DNA of 64,000 bases from Candidatus Peregrinibacteria bacterium GW2011_GWF2_43_17 (GCA_000999315.1 LCFW01000003.1:20686-84685); one strand, 5' to 3'. Shown: positions 8,642 through 20,479, counted from the first letter of the stretch. Notes: generated by a model not told the origin, from the letters alone. Made by a program: numbers and translations.

Positions 8642-11600
8642 ATGCCCAACCGCAAATTTCTCAAGAAAAACGCGTTTGAATATCCCCTGCCAAATCTGAT
8701 AGAAATCCAAACGGACAGCTACAACTGGTTCCTGAAAGAAGGGATCAGGGAGCTTCTGGATGAAATCTCTCCGATAACGGATTTCTCGGGTAAAAAACTC
8801 GAACTGCACTTCTTGGAACATTCAGTCGGAACTGCAAAATACGACCCGAAAGAGTGTAGGAATAAAAATACCACCTACGAAGCTCCTCTCAAAGTTCACG
8901 TTCAATTAATCAACAAGGAGTCCGGGGAAATCAAAGAACAGGACGTATTTTTGGGCGGGGTCCCTCTTATGACGGATGCGGGAACTTTTATCATAAATGG
9001 CATAGAAAGAGTTGTGGTAAGCCAATTGGTAAGATCTCCGGGTGTGTTTTTCGGCAGAAGCCCGCTGGCTCCTCAATATTGCGCAGCAAAAATCATCCCG
9101 AAAAGAGGTGCGTGGCTCGAAATCGAAACGGATAAAAAAGGTGTGATTACAGTCAAAATAGATCGCAAAAGAAAAATCTACTTAACAAGCCTGTTTAGAG
9201 TATTTGGATACGAAACGGATCAAAAAATACTCAATTTGTTTAAAGATTTGGTTCAAGACCCGACGAAAGATCACATATTTTTAACATTACAAAAGGACCC
9301 GGCTAAAACGGTTGATGAAGCTTACAAAAGCATTTACAAAAAAATCAGGCCCGGCGATTTGGCAACACCTGAAAACGCGAGAGCCCTTATCGAATCCATG
9401 TTCTTCGATTACAGAAAGTACGACATGGGCGCGGTTGCAAGATATAAATTAAACCGAAGATTCGGCCTAACAACTCCGAACAAGAAGAAATATCACACCT
9501 TCCAAGTGGACGATCTTGTTCAAATTATCAGACACCTTCTCGAATTAAATAAAGGAGAAGGAATCACTGACGACATAGACCACCTCTCAAACAGAAGAAT
9601 TCGAGCTGTCGGCGAACTCGTACAAAACAAGTTCCGAGTAGGCCTGCTTAGAACCGACAGAATAGCGAAAGACAGAATGACGGTAATGGAATTGGAAACC
9701 ATCACGCCAACTCAACTTATCAACTCACGACCGATAACGGCGGCACTGAGAGAGTTTTACGCAAGCTCGCAATTATCGCAATTCATGGATCAAACCAACC
9801 CTCTTGCCGAACTTGAACATAAGAGAAGATTGTCAGCCATGGGTCCGGGAGGTTTGAGCAGAGAAAGAGCCTCGTTCGACGTACGCGACGTACACGCATC
9901 TCACTACGGCAGAATCTGCCCGGTAGCGACACCTGAAGGTCCGAACATCGGTCTCGTAGTACATTTGGCAACTTACGCGAAACTAAACAAGTATGGATTT
10001 ATCGAAACTCCTTTTAGAAAGGTCTCAAAAGCATGTCCGAACAAAGCATCCGAGCTCGCAGGAAGAACAACGGCCGGCGAAATTAAAGACAACAAAGGAA
10101 AATCAATCGCAAAATCAGGAGATGTCATCACCGAAGCTCAAGCAAAAGCGATAGAAAAAATCAAAGACCTCAAAGAGATTCCCGTCAGAACTTACGTAAC
10201 AAAAGAGGTCGCGTATTACGATGCCGAAGACGAAATGGAACTTACGGTCGCCCAAGCCAACTCGGAACTCAACGAACAAGGAGAGTTCGTTCAAAACCGC
10301 GTTGCGGCAAGAGTAAAAAACGAAGCCATCTCGGCACACATAAAAGATGTCACACACATCGATATTTCACCGAAACAGATTGTTTCAATATCAACATCTT
10401 TGATCCCGTTCCTTGAGCACGACGACAACACTCGCGCATCAATGGGTTCGAACATGCAACGTCAAGCCGTACCTCTGCTCAAACCGCACGCTCCGATAGT
10501 CGGAACCGGTGTCGAAAAAATTTCGGCTGAAAGTTCCGGTCAAGTAATAACGGCGGACGGCCCGGGAACAATCACCTACGTTGACGCAAACGAGATTGTC
10601 GTTATGTACGATAACGGAAAGAAAAAAACTTACGACTTAAGAGTTTATGAACGCTCGAACCAAGCGACTTGCTTCCATCAAAGAGCGGTTTGCTTAAAAG
10701 GCTCGAAAGTCAAAAAAGGAGATGTATTGGCAGACGGAACCGCAACCGAAGATGGAGAATTGGCTCTCGGTCAAAACATGTTGGTAGCTTATTTAAGCTG
10801 GCAAGGTTACAACTATGAAGATGCCGTCATACTTTCGGAAAAACTTGTCCACAATGACTCGTACAGTTCGGTACACATTGAAACTTTTACAATAGATATC
10901 AGAGATACGAAACTCGGTCCCGAAATAGTCACGAGAGATATACCCAATGTAGGCGAAGCCAAATTAAAAGACCTCGACGATAAAGGCATCGTAAGAATCG
11001 GCGCATCGGTACGAGAAGGAGACATATTGGTAGGCAAAATCACACCAAAAGGCGAAACCGAATTAACAGCCGAAGAAAGACTTTTAAGAGCGATATTCGG
11101 AGAAAAAGCTCGCGACGTAAAAGACACATCTCTAAGACTCCCGGGCGGAGAAGGCGGGAAGGTCGTAAACGTGCAAATTTTCGATAGAAAAAACGGTGAC
11201 GAACTCCCAACCGGCGTCAACCAGCAAATCAAAGTTGACGTTGCTCAAACAAGAAGAGTTTCAGTCGGCGATAAAGTCGCAGGTCGTCACGGCAACAAAG
11301 GCGTAATTTCGATCATAGTACCTGTTGAAGACATGCCTCACTTGCCGGATGGACGCCCCGTAGACGTAGTCTTGAACCCGCTCGGCGTATCAAGTCGTAT
11401 GAATATCGGACAGATTTTGGAAACCCATTTGGGTTGGGCTTCCAAAGAACTTGGATTCAAAATCGCCACACCACCGCTCGAAGGTGTCACGAACGAAGAA
11501 ATAACTGGGTTATTGAAAGAAGCCAAACTGCCCATCACGGGTAAAATAGGACTTTACGACGGACGCACGGGCGAACCTTTCGATCACGAAACAACCGTCG

Positions 11601-12184
11601 GTATAGCTTATATAATGAAGCTCAATCACTTAATCGAAGATAAAATTCACGCTCGCTCCGTAGGCCCGTACTCTCTCGTAACTCAACAACCGCTGGGAGG
11701 CAAAGCGCAACACGGAGGTCAGAGATTCGGCGAAATGGAAGTTTGGGCGCTCGAAGCTTATGGCGCCGCCCATACCCTGCAAGAAATATTGACCATCAAA
11801 TCGGATGACGTTTACGGCAGAGCGAAAGCTTACGAATCAATCGTAAAAGAAGAACCGATCAAGAAACCTCGAACTCCGGAAAGCTTCAACGTTTTGGTCA
11901 AAGAACTTCAAAGCCTGGGATTGAATGTCGACTTGGTACAAAGCTCACCCGAAGCGGAAAGAAAAGCGGAAGAAGAGTATACGCAAGAAGAAGCTCTCGC
12001 AGATGAAGAGAATATAAATATTTTCAAAGGAGAAGAAGAGCTTGACGAAGGTGCGACGGGAACATCGAAAAAAGATCGCGCCGAAGAATTCGAGGACGAA
12101 ATCGAAGAAAAAGATTTGGATGAAATCGGAGATGAAGTTTACGACGAACTCGAAAAAATTCACAAAGGCAAAGCGAATAAATAA
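8642..12184 (+). CDS. rpoB: DNA-directed RNA polymerase subunit beta
   Basis: 1180 aa with canonical beta motifs (GRHGNKGVIS, NPLGVSSRMNIGQ, GGQRFGEMEVWALEAYGA). It carries an acidic C-terminal tail of about 80 aa. Confidence 0.98.
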   Translation: MPNRKFLKKNAFEYPLPNLIEIQTDSYNWFLKEGIRELLDEISPITDFSGKKLELHFLEHSVGTAKYDPKECRNKNTTYEAPLKVHVQLINKESGEIKEQDVFLGGVPLMTDAGTFIINGIERVVVSQLVRSPGVFFGRSPLAPQYCAAKIIPKRGAWLEIETDKKGVITVKIDRKRKIYLTSLFRVFGYETDQKILNLFKDLVQDPTKDHIFLTLQKDPAKTVDEAYKSIYKKIRPGDLATPENARALIESMFFDYRKYDMGAVARYKLNRRFGLTTPNKKKYHTFQVDDLVQIIRHLLELNKGEGITDDIDHLSNRRIRAVGELVQNKFRVGLLRTDRIAKDRMTVMELETITPTQLINSRPITAALREFYASSQLSQFMDQTNPLAELEHKRRLSAMGPGGLSRERASFDVRDVHASHYGRICPVATPEGPNIGLVVHLATYAKLNKYGFIETPFRKVSKACPNKASELAGRTTAGEIKDNKGKSIAKSGDVITEAQAKAIEKIKDLKEIPVRTYVTKEVAYYDAEDEMELTVAQANSELNEQGEFVQNRVAARVKNEAISAHIKDVTHIDISPKQIVSISTSLIPFLEHDDNTRASMGSNMQRQAVPLLKPHAPIVGTGVEKISAESSGQVITADGPGTITYVDANEIVVMYDNGKKKTYDLRVYERSNQATCFHQRAVCLKGSKVKKGDVLADGTATEDGELALGQNMLVAYLSWQGYNYEDAVILSEKLVHNDSYSSVHIETFTIDIRDTKLGPEIVTRDIPNVGEAKLKDLDDKGIVRIGASVREGDILVGKITPKGETELTAEERLLRAIFGEKARDVKDTSLRLPGGEGGKVVNVQIFDRKNGDELPTGVNQQIKVDVAQTRRVSVGDKVAGRHGNKGVISIIVPVEDMPHLPDGRPVDVVLNPLGVSSRMNIGQILETHLGWASKELGFKIATPPLEGVTNEEITGLLKEAKLPITGKIGLYDGRTGEPFDHETTVGIAYIMKLNHLIEDKIHARSVGPYSLVTQQPLGGKAQHGGQRFGEMEVWALEAYGAAHTLQEILTIKSDDVYGRAKAYESIVKEEPIKKPRTPESFNVLVKELQSLGLNVDLVQSSPEAERKAEEEYTQEEALADEENINIFKGEEELDEGATGTSKKDRAEEFEDEIEEKDLDEIGDEVYDELEKIHKGKANK

Positions 12185-12215
12185 GTTCCAAGTTTAAAAC
12201 TCTAATATAACTCCC

Positions 12216-12668
12216 ATGCGTAGCATCAATAAAGTAATCTTAATCGGCAACGTAACAAGAGACCCTTCCGTAAGACAAACTCCCAGCAATCAATCGGTTT
12301 GCACTTTCGGACTCGCGACTAACAGAAGATGGGTTACGGCGTCCGGTCAACAGCAAAACTCTGCGGAATTCCACGAACTCGTAGCTTGGTCCAAACTTGC
12401 CGAAACATGTGAAAAATACGTACGAAAAGGAAAACTTCTTTACATCGAAGGTTATCTCAAAACACGAAGCTGGGACACACCCGAAGGAGTCAAGAAATTC
12501 AAAACCGAAATAATAGTTCAAGATCTGATCATGCTGGAAAAAAGAGCAAGAACTCAAGAAGACGGCGAATATGTCACCGAAGACACACAACCCGCACCCG
12601 AAGAACCGAAAACGGACGAGCCAACACCTGAAGCGCCAACGGATATCGAATCCGACTTGGGACTTTAA
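12216..12668 (+). CDS. ssb: single-stranded DNA-binding protein
   Basis: 150 aa. OB-fold N-terminus (NKVILIGNVTRDPSVRQT...FHELVAWSKLAE), a P/E-rich linker and an acidic C-terminal tip DIESDLGL. Confidence 0.9.
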   Translation: MRSINKVILIGNVTRDPSVRQTPSNQSVCTFGLATNRRWVTASGQQQNSAEFHELVAWSKLAETCEKYVRKGKLLYIEGYLKTRSWDTPEGVKKFKTEIIVQDLIMLEKRARTQEDGEYVTEDTQPAPEEPKTDEPTPEAPTDIESDLGL

Positions 12669-12700
12669 ACTCCAAACTTTAATCTATTAACCAACATTTC

Positions 12701-15700
12701 ATGTTCGATAAGAAAAAAGACCAGTACTCCGGATTCGACTCGGTGGCGATATCGATCGCTTCACCGGACCAAATTCTTTCATGGTCTCATGGTGAAGTGA
12801 AAAAACCGGAAACCATAAACTACAGAACTCAAAAACCGGAAAAGGACGGCTTGTTCTGTGAAAGAATTTTCGGTCCCACGAAAAACTGGGAATGTTATTG
12901 CGGCAAATACAAGAGAATTAGATATAAAGGAGTGATTTGCGAAAAATGCGGCGTCGAAGTCACAAGATCGATAGTAAGACGCGAAAGGATGGGACATATC
13001 AAGTTGGCAGTTCCGGTAACACACATCTGGTTCTTGAGATCAACCCCGAGCAGAATCGGTCTTCTTCTCGATCTCCCGGTAAAAACAATGGAACAAGTGG
13101 TTTATTTCGCTTCATACATAATCACGCAAGTGGATGACAAAGCCAGAAAAGACGCGGAAGAACAACTTAAAGAAGAGTTTAAAAATTACAAAATTAAACA
13201 GAAAAAAGAGCTTCAAGAAAAAATTCGCGAAATCGAAAAAAACAAGGAACTTCCAAAAGAAGCTAAGGCAAAAAAGATTGAAGAACTTGAAAAAGAAGGT
13301 GCGATGAAAGCCGAAGAGCTTATAGAACAACATCAGAAAGCAAAAGAAGATATTTCAACCTTAAAAGTCGGCTCAATTCTTTCCGAAATTCAATTCAGAG
13401 AAATGTCCATGAAATTCGGACATCTTTTTAAAGCGGGAACCGGCGCCGAATCAATCAGGGATATAATCAAAGAATTGGATTTGAAAAAACTGTCCGACGA
13501 ATTGCAAAAAGAGTCGGAAAAAGCCAGCGGCCAAAAAAGAAAGAAGCTCGTAAAAAGAGCCAAGCTGGCAAGCGGTCTGGAAAAAGCCGGAATAAATCCC
13601 GAATGGATGGTTTTAACCATCCTTCCCGTAATTCCGCCGGATTTGAGACCGATGGTACAGCTTGACGGAGGAAGATTCGCAGCATCCGACTTAAACGACC
13701 TGTACAGAAGAGTAATCAACAGAAACAACAGGTTGAAAAAACTTATGGCAATCGGCGCTCCGGAAGTAATCTGCAGAAATGAAAAAAGAATGCTCCAGGA
13801 AGCCGTAGACACTTTGATAAACAACTCCGCAAGACAAGGTCGAACGGTATTCAACACGGGCGACAAACGCAAATTGAGATCTCTTTCCGATATGTTAAAA
13901 GGCAAGCAAGGTCGCTTCAGACAAAACCTCCTTGGTAAACGTGTAGACTACTCCGGTCGTTCGGTAATCGTAGTAGGTCCGAAATTGAAACTTCACCAAT
14001 GCGGTCTGCCGAAAACAATGGCACTGGAATTATTCAAGCCTTTTGTAATCGGAAGACTTATAAAAGAGAACTACGCGCACAACATCAAGATCGCAGAAAA
14101 ACTGATCATGTCCGGCAAAAAAGAGGTTTGGGATATTTTGGAAGAGATAACCAAAAATCACTACGTACTTTTAAATCGCGCTCCAACATTGCACAGACTT
14201 GGGATCCAGGCTTTCCAGCCGGTATTGGTGGAAGGCAAAGCCATCCAGGTACATCCGCTGGTTTGCGCGGCTTTCAACGCCGACTTCGACGGAGACCAGA
14301 TGGCGGTACATATTCCCCTTTCCAGATCAGCGCAAAAAGAGGCGAGAGAAATCATGTCTTCAGTCAAAAACTTATTGAAACCATCAGCCGGCACTCCGAT
14401 CACAACGGCAGCTCAAGATATGATCTTGGGTTGTTATTATTTGACTCAAGTTCACGATGGTAAAAAGGGTGAAGGAATGGTTTTCTCAAACGCAAAAGAC
14501 GCCATATTGAATCTCGAACTCGGCAATACTCATCTGCAATCAAAAATCAAGGTACGAATCGACGGAGAACTTATGGAAACTTCAGTCGGAAGAGTGATTT
14601 TCAATCAAATAATTCCAAAAGAACTCGGCTATAAAAACAAGGTGATGAAAAAAGGAGATTTGAAAAATCTCATCTCTGAATGTTTGGAAAAACTTGATCA
14701 AGACACAACCGCAAAACTTTCCGACGACATAAAGAAAATCGGTTTCGAATACGCAACCCTATCGGGTCTTTCAATAGCAAGTTCCGACATGCAAATACCG
14801 AAAGAAAAAGATGAATTGGTGGCACAAGCCGATGAAATTGTAAGAAAAATCAACAACCAATATTGGAAAGGATTAATCACGGAAGAGGAAAGATACAACA
14901 ATACGATTAAAATTTGGGCCAGAACAAAAAACGACATCGCAACAGCGATGATCGGAACTTTCGACGAAGAAAACGATATTTTCTACATGATTGACTCGCA
15001 AGCCAGAGGTAACTGGGGGCAAATCACACAGCTTTGCGGTATGAAAGGCTTGGTTGCTAATCCTGCCGGTAAAACTATCGAACTCCCCGTTAAATCCAAC
15101 TTGAAAGAAGGTTTCAGCATTTTGGAATACTTCATAGCCACTCACGGAGGAAGGAAAGGTAAATCGGACACGGCTCTAAAAACCGCCGAAGCCGGCTACC
15201 TGACACGCCGCCTCGTAGACGCCGTCCAAGATATCGTAATCAAAGAAGTGGACTGCGGCTCAAACCACAAACATCTTATCACCGAAGAAGAAAGCGAAAA
15301 GATCGGTGAAGCGTTTGCAAACAGAATTTTCGGTCGCACTCTCGCCGAACACGTAGTACACCCGGAAACGGGAGAAATCCTCCTTAAAAAAGGCTCCGAA
15401 CTGGACAATGCCGCGGTGAGAACAGTCGTAAACAATGACGTGGACCACATTTCGGTCAGATCGGTTATGGCTTGCCAAACAGAAGGTGGCATTTGCCAAA
15501 AATGTTATGGCAGAGATTTGGGCGGAAGCAAAACAATACAACTTGGAACGGCGGTAGGCATCATCGCCGCACAAAGTATCGGTGAACCTGGTACACAGCT
15601 AACCATGAGAACATTCCACATGGGTGGAGTTGCCGACAGCGGCGACATCACTCAAGGTTTGACTCGCGTGGAAGAACTTTTCGAAGCGCGCCCGCCAAAA

Positions 15701-16543
15701 ACTCCGGCCATAATCACCGAAGTCGCCGGTAAAGTTAAAATTAAACACAAAGCGGCAACCAACGAAATTACGATTATCAGCGAAGAGCCGATGGAGTTCA
15801 TCTACCACATCGCAAAAAACTATAAACTCGATATCAAAGAAGGCGACAAAGTGAAAGCGGGACAAGTTCTCGCAAAAGGCAAATCCAAGAAACAAATCGT
15901 AACGGCTGAAGGCAAAGGCGTTGTAAACAAAATCACGAAAACAACAATCGTACTTCTCAGCGAAGGCACAATCGAAAAAGCTTACGAGATCCCGGCAAAG
16001 AGAACTTTGAAAGTAAAAAACGGCGACATGGTTAAAGCCGGCACCGCACTTACATCGGGTCACGTCAATTTGAGAGAATTACAGCAAGTAACCAACATCT
16101 ACGCCGTACAAAAATACATCATGGCCGAAGTACAAAGTATTTACGCTTCGCAAGGGCAAACGATTAACGACAAACATATCGAAATCATCATCAGGCAAAT
16201 GTTCTCCAAAGCCAGAATCGCAGACCCCGGAGATACGGATTATATAGTCGGAGAAATTGTAGATGCTCTTAAACTCGAAAAAGCGAATACCGAAATAAAG
16301 AAAAAAGGGAAACAACAAGCGGAATTCGAAAGACTGCTCCTCGGTTTGACAAGAATAGCCCTGCACACATCGAGCTGGCTGTCGGCCGCATCCTTCCAAG
16401 AAACAATCAGAGTATTAGTCGAAGCGGCAACAACAAAACGAGTGGATGAGTTGAAAGGATTAAAAGAAAACGTAATAATCGGTAAATTAATCCCAACGGG
16501 TGCGATATTCAGAAAAAGAATGGGGATTAAAGAAGAAAATTAA
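12701..16543 (+). CDS. rpoC: DNA-directed RNA polymerase subunit beta'
   Basis: 1280 aa with the zinc motif [23 protein letters not shown], the catalytic NADFDGDQM motif, and [11 protein letters not shown]. Confidence 0.98.
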   Translation: MFDKKKDQYSGFDSVAISIASPDQILSWSHGEVKKPETINYRTQKPEKDGLFCERIFGPTKNWECYCGKYKRIRYKGVICEKCGVEVTRSIVRRERMGHIKLAVPVTHIWFLRSTPSRIGLLLDLPVKTMEQVVYFASYIITQVDDKARKDAEEQLKEEFKNYKIKQKKELQEKIREIEKNKELPKEAKAKKIEELEKEGAMKAEELIEQHQKAKEDISTLKVGSILSEIQFREMSMKFGHLFKAGTGAESIRDIIKELDLKKLSDELQKESEKASGQKRKKLVKRAKLASGLEKAGINPEWMVLTILPVIPPDLRPMVQLDGGRFAASDLNDLYRRVINRNNRLKKLMAIGAPEVICRNEKRMLQEAVDTLINNSARQGRTVFNTGDKRKLRSLSDMLKGKQGRFRQNLLGKRVDYSGRSVIVVGPKLKLHQCGLPKTMALELFKPFVIGRLIKENYAHNIKIAEKLIMSGKKEVWDILEEITKNHYVLLNRAPTLHRLGIQAFQPVLVEGKAIQVHPLVCAAFNADFDGDQMAVHIPLSRSAQKEAREIMSSVKNLLKPSAGTPITTAAQDMILGCYYLTQVHDGKKGEGMVFSNAKDAILNLELGNTHLQSKIKVRIDGELMETSVGRVIFNQIIPKELGYKNKVMKKGDLKNLISECLEKLDQDTTAKLSDDIKKIGFEYATLSGLSIASSDMQIPKEKDELVAQADEIVRKINNQYWKGLITEEERYNNTIKIWARTKNDIATAMIGTFDEENDIFYMIDSQARGNWGQITQLCGMKGLVANPAGKTIELPVKSNLKEGFSILEYFIATHGGRKGKSDTALKTAEAGYLTRRLVDAVQDIVIKEVDCGSNHKHLITEEESEKIGEAFANRIFGRTLAEHVVHPETGEILLKKGSELDNAAVRTVVNNDVDHISVRSVMACQTEGGICQKCYGRDLGGSKTIQLGTAVGIIAAQSIGEPGTQLTMRTFHMGGVADSGDITQGLTRVEELFEARPPKTPAIITEVAGKVKIKHKAATNEITIISEEPMEFIYHIAKNYKLDIKEGDKVKAGQVLAKGKSKKQIVTAEGKGVVNKITKTTIVLLSEGTIEKAYEIPAKRTLKVKNGDMVKAGTALTSGHVNLRELQQVTNIYAVQKYIMAEVQSIYASQGQTINDKHIEIIIRQMFSKARIADPGDTDYIVGEIVDALKLEKANTEIKKKGKQQAEFERLLLGLTRIALHTSSWLSAASFQETIRVLVEAATTKRVDELKGLKENVIIGKLIPTGAIFRKRMGIKEEN

Positions 16544-16623
16544 AAAACCTTGCAACAAGAAAATTTCTAGTATAAGCTTCCACGAGCAAAAAGGAACCCC
16601 AATATATTCAAGCCCATAAGATC

Positions 16624-17037
16624 ATGCCAACAATCAATCAATTAGTCAGAAAAGGACGGAAAAAAAAGGACAGAAAAAGCAAATCTCCGGCCCTCCAAAC
16701 GGTATTCAATACGCTTAAAAATCGTTCCGTATCCCTCCCCTGCCCGCAAAAACGCGGCGTATGCGTAAAGGTAACAACGAAAACACCGAAAAAACCAAAC
16801 TCCGCTCTTAGAAAAGTGGCCCACATCAGGCTTACAAACGGCCAAGAAGTAATCGCATACATCCCGGGTGAAGGACATAACCTGCAAGAACACTCGATAG
16901 TCACAATCAGAGGAGGCAGAGTAAAAGATCTTCCGGGCGTCAAATATCATGTCATTAGGGGCACTTTGGATACACAAGGCGTACAAAACAGAAAACAAGG
17001 TCGCTCAAGATACGGCGCCAAAAAACCGAAAGCTTAA
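16624..17037 (+). CDS. rpsL: 30S ribosomal protein S12
   Basis: [14 protein letters not shown]...[11 protein letters not shown] signature. Confidence 0.97.
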   Translation: MPTINQLVRKGRKKKDRKSKSPALQTVFNTLKNRSVSLPCPQKRGVCVKVTTKTPKKPNSALRKVAHIRLTNGQEVIAYIPGEGHNLQEHSIVTIRGGRVKDLPGVKYHVIRGTLDTQGVQNRKQGRSRYGAKKPKA

Positions 17038-17057
17038 ATAATCTCAATATACATAAA

Positions 17058-17513
17058 ATGGCAAAACGAAGATTTATCTACATCCCGGAAGCCTCGACTC
17101 TATTACAAGAAAAGTTTGTAAATTACATAATGCGAAGAGGCAAGAAAACAATCGCAAGGAACATTTTCCGAGAAACACTTGAAGAAATTAAGAAAAAAGG
17201 TAGCAAAGACCCCGGACAAGTTTTCGAGAGAGCGATAGAAAATGTTAAACCGGCAATGGAAGTTAGACCAAAAAGAATCGGCGGTGCGGTTTACCAAATA
17301 CCGATCGAAGTTAAACCGAGCAGACAGCTTATGCTCTCTTTCAGATGGGTCATGGAAGCCGCGAAAGCCAAAAAAGGCGCCAAAATGGCTATCAAATTGG
17401 CTCAAGAATTAATGGATGCCGCAAATCAAACCGGTTCTGCCATAAAGAAGAAAGAGGACGCACATAAGATGGCGCAAGCCAACAAGGCCTTCGCTCACTT
17501 GGCAAGATATTAG
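17058..17513 (+). CDS. rpsG: 30S ribosomal protein S7
   Basis: 151 aa with PAMEVRPKRIGGAVYQIPIEV and an S7-like sequence throughout. Follows rpsL. Confidence 0.97.
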   Translation: MAKRRFIYIPEASTLLQEKFVNYIMRRGKKTIARNIFRETLEEIKKKGSKDPGQVFERAIENVKPAMEVRPKRIGGAVYQIPIEVKPSRQLMLSFRWVMEAAKAKKGAKMAIKLAQELMDAANQTGSAIKKKEDAHKMAQANKAFAHLARY

Positions 17514-17595
17514 AAAACTTTCACGTCACCAGTCACTAGTGACTAACAACTTATTTACCTATTAAACTATAGGTCGTCATTTTAAAAAACCCGAT

Positions 17596-18093
17596 ATGAA
17601 AAAAATAGTCGTAACACTTTCGATCATCACATTACTGGCATCCGGTTGCGGAGAACTCAGCACACTCAAATACAACGACGCCGTAGTTGAGAAAATAAAT
17701 AGCGCTTCCGACGCTTTAAACAAAACCATAAGCTCCTACGACGGGAATATACCGGATCTCGTAACCGAAGAAACCGAGATAGATACGACCGAGATGAAAA
17801 CGGCATGGGAAGACGCGAAAACCGCCGTTGAAAACTGCAAAGCCTTAACAACGCTCGTCGGCAAAGACCAATTGCAACAAGCCGAAGTAAACGCCGAACT
17901 CGAAAATTACCTGTCGATAACGGAAGAATATCTTTCAAGTTACGAAAAAATGTTGACCTATTACGAAAATGATGAATACAAAGACACACCTGAAAAAGTC
18001 AGCGAGTATGATGCCGAAATATACGAAAAAAGCTCGTTGATTTTCGATTCAAACAACACGCTCGAAGATATTTTGGAAAAATATGTAAAATAA
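17596..18093 (+). CDS. small lipoprotein, function unknown
   Basis: 165 aa. Signal peptide with lipobox LLASGC (MKKIVVTLSIITLLASGC). The mature part is acidic and helical. Confidence 0.7.
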   Translation: MKKIVVTLSIITLLASGCGELSTLKYNDAVVEKINSASDALNKTISSYDGNIPDLVTEETEIDTTEMKTAWEDAKTAVENCKALTTLVGKDQLQQAEVNAELENYLSITEEYLSSYEKMLTYYENDEYKDTPEKVSEYDAEIYEKSSLIFDSNNTLEDILEKYVK

Positions 18094-18260
18094 GGGAACC
18101 TCTGAAAAATGTGGTTCCGTTACGAAATTCTCATTCTTTCGAGCGAAAATAGCGAAGACCGACGAAGTCGTATCGGAAGAAGATACGTCGAGAAGGTATG
18201 AGCTGTTTGCAGCCGAAAGATGGGAATTGCAGTAGGAAGCATGTTTTTCAGAGGTTCCCT
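18093..18260. other. long-stem structured intergenic element A (candidate ncRNA or degenerate mobile element)
   Basis: AGGGAACCTCTGAAAAA (18093-18109) is the perfect complement of TTTTTCAGAGGTTCCCT (18244-18260). The two arms enclose about 134 nt that contain CGACGAAGT followed by the hairpin CGTATC-GGAAGAA-GATACG. There is an alternative local pairing, GGAACC/GGTTCC (18095-18118). Confidence 0.55.
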
Positions 18261-18292
18261 AAGCAGTACCGCAATCCCGCTTCCGACGAGCC

Positions 18293-18320
18293 TTGACTTT
18301 GATTTGCCCATCCCTATAAT
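18293..18320 (+). promoter_or_regulatory. candidate sigma70-type promoter of fusA-tuf
   Basis: TTGACT (18293-18298), 16-nt spacer, TATAAT (18315-18320). This is the same architecture as the rpoB promoter. Confidence 0.6.
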
Positions 18321-18358
18321 GCTCCAGCAACTTTTTTTAACTGTATAAAAAAATTTAT

Positions 18359-20479
18359 ATGTCAAACGACCCTGCGATTGCGAATCTTAAAAAACTTAGA
18401 AACATCGGTATCATAGCGCATATCGATGCCGGCAAAACAACTTGTAGCGAAAGAGTACTTTTTTATACCGGTAAAAAACATCGAATTGGCGAGGTACACA
18501 ACGGTGAAGCCGAAATGGACTGGATGGAACAAGAAAAAGAGAGAGGAATCACTATTACGTCAGCGGCGACAACATGCTTTTGGAGCATAATGGGAATTGA
18601 AGATAAGCACAGAATTAACTTAATCGATACTCCGGGCCACGTGGATTTCACGGCCGAAGTTGAAAGATCGCTTCGCGTACTTGACGGAGGCGTTTGCGTT
18701 TTTGACGGGTCTCAAGGCGTAGAGCCACAGTCGGAAACGGTTTGGAGACAAGCCGACAAATACAGCGTTCCTCGCTTAGCCTTCGTCAACAAGATGGACA
18801 AATTGGGCGCGGATTTTTACATGAGCATAGATTCAATTTTGAAAAGACTCTCGAAAGACGCGATTGCAATTCAACTGCCAGTGGGAGCCGACAGCACCTT
18901 CTCCGCAATTGTAGATTTGATCAAGATGAAAACCTACATATTTGAAGGCGACAATGGTGAAAAAATCAGACTCGAAGATGTCCCGGCTGACATGATCGAA
19001 CAAGCGAAAGAGTACCGAGCGAAAATGGTGGAAAAAGTTGCCGAAATGACCGACGAACTCACAACAACATTTTTGGAAAAGGGCGATCTTACGGAAGAAC
19101 AAATCAACGAAGGTCTGCGAATCGGCACGATCTCAGGCAGACTTTTCCCGATTCTATGCGGATCCGCTTTGGACAACAAGGGCGTTCAATTGGTATTGGA
19201 TGCGGTAATAAAATATCTTCCCTCTCCATTGGATATCCCTCCGATGAAAGGAGAAAATCCAAACACCAAGACAATCGAAGAAAGAAAACCGGACTTCAAC
19301 GAACCTTTCTCCGCATTGGCATTCAAAATCGCAACCGATCCGTTCATCGGAAGACTGACTTTCATAAGAGTCTACTCGGGCAAGCTTGATGCCGGCAGTT
19401 ATGTTTACAACTCAACCTGTGATCAAAAAGAACGGGTGGGCCGACTTGTACAAATGCACGCGAATCATAGAGAAGAAATCAAGGAGGTTCAAGCGGGCGA
19501 TATAGCCGCCGTAGTAGGTTTAAAAAGGACTCTGACCGGCAACACCCTTTGTGAAGAGAAACATCCGATAATTCTGGAATCCATCGATTTTCCGGAACCG
19601 GTAATCGACATCTCGATTGAACCGAAAACAAAAGCCGATCAAGAAAAGATGGCATTGGCCCTGCAAAAACTCGCCGAAGAAGATCCGACATTCCGAGTAC
19701 GAAGCGATGAAGAAACCGGTCAAACAATTATCGCGGGTATGGGAGAACTTCACTTGGATATCATCGTGGATCGCTTGAGAAGAGAGTTCAAAGTCGAAGC
19801 CAACGTCGGCAAACCGCAAGTTGCCTACAGAGAAACGATCAGCAAAGCGGCTGAAGGCGAAGAGAAATACGCAAAACAAACCGGTGGTCGAGGTCAATAC
19901 GGACACGTTGTAATAAATCTTATACCGAGAGAACCGGGCGCGGGTTATGAATTCGTAAATGCGATCGTCGGAGGAAAAATCCCGAGAGAATATATTCCTG
20001 CCGTAGATAAAGGCATTCAAGAAGCGATGACCAGAGGAATATTCGCGGGCTTCCCCGTCGTAGACGTAAAAGTTGAACTCACCGACGGCTCGTACCACGA
20101 CGTAGACTCTTCCGAAATGGCATTCAAAATCGCAGGCTCTCTTGCATTTCAAAAAGCCGCGAAAGCGGGTCATCCGGTACTTCTCGAGCCCATAATGAAA
20201 ATCGAAGCAACAACGCCTGAAGATTACATGGGCGACGTAATGGGAGATTTGAATTCGAGAAGAGGTCAAATTCGTGAAATGGGAGACCGAGGGATGGTAA
20301 AATTCATAAAAGCTCTCGTACCGCTCGCTGAAATGTTCGGCTACGCAACAGATTTAAGATCCATGTCTCAGGGACGCGCCGGATATACAATGGAATTCGG
20401 TCATTACGACAAAGTACCGAGCAATATTGCCGAAAAAGTAAAAGAGGAAAGAGGCGGCGGAACAACAGCCAGAGCATAA
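18359..20479 (+). CDS. fusA: elongation factor G
   Basis: 706 aa with [22 protein letters not shown] and NKMD GTPase motifs and EF-G domains throughout. Confidence 0.98.
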   Translation: MSNDPAIANLKKLRNIGIIAHIDAGKTTCSERVLFYTGKKHRIGEVHNGEAEMDWMEQEKERGITITSAATTCFWSIMGIEDKHRINLIDTPGHVDFTAEVERSLRVLDGGVCVFDGSQGVEPQSETVWRQADKYSVPRLAFVNKMDKLGADFYMSIDSILKRLSKDAIAIQLPVGADSTFSAIVDLIKMKTYIFEGDNGEKIRLEDVPADMIEQAKEYRAKMVEKVAEMTDELTTTFLEKGDLTEEQINEGLRIGTISGRLFPILCGSALDNKGVQLVLDAVIKYLPSPLDIPPMKGENPNTKTIEERKPDFNEPFSALAFKIATDPFIGRLTFIRVYSGKLDAGSYVYNSTCDQKERVGRLVQMHANHREEIKEVQAGDIAAVVGLKRTLTGNTLCEEKHPIILESIDFPEPVIDISIEPKTKADQEKMALALQKLAEEDPTFRVRSDEETGQTIIAGMGELHLDIIVDRLRREFKVEANVGKPQVAYRETISKAAEGEEKYAKQTGGRGQYGHVVINLIPREPGAGYEFVNAIVGGKIPREYIPAVDKGIQEAMTRGIFAGFPVVDVKVELTDGSYHDVDSSEMAFKIAGSLAFQKAAKAGHPVLLEPIMKIEATTPEDYMGDVMGDLNSRRGQIREMGDRGMVKFIKALVPLAEMFGYATDLRSMSQGRAGYTMEFGHYDKVPSNIAEKVKEERGGGTTARA

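Noticed and set aside
18120-18365. 81-aa - strand ORF in the lipoprotein-fusA spacer
   Set aside because: It runs across the fusA start codon, the fusA promoter and the inverted-repeat element. The sequence has no features, and the region is better explained as non-coding structure.
19520-20269. 249-aa ORF on the - strand
   Set aside because: It is antisense to fusA and its F/R/C-rich translation is implausible. This is a shadow ORF.
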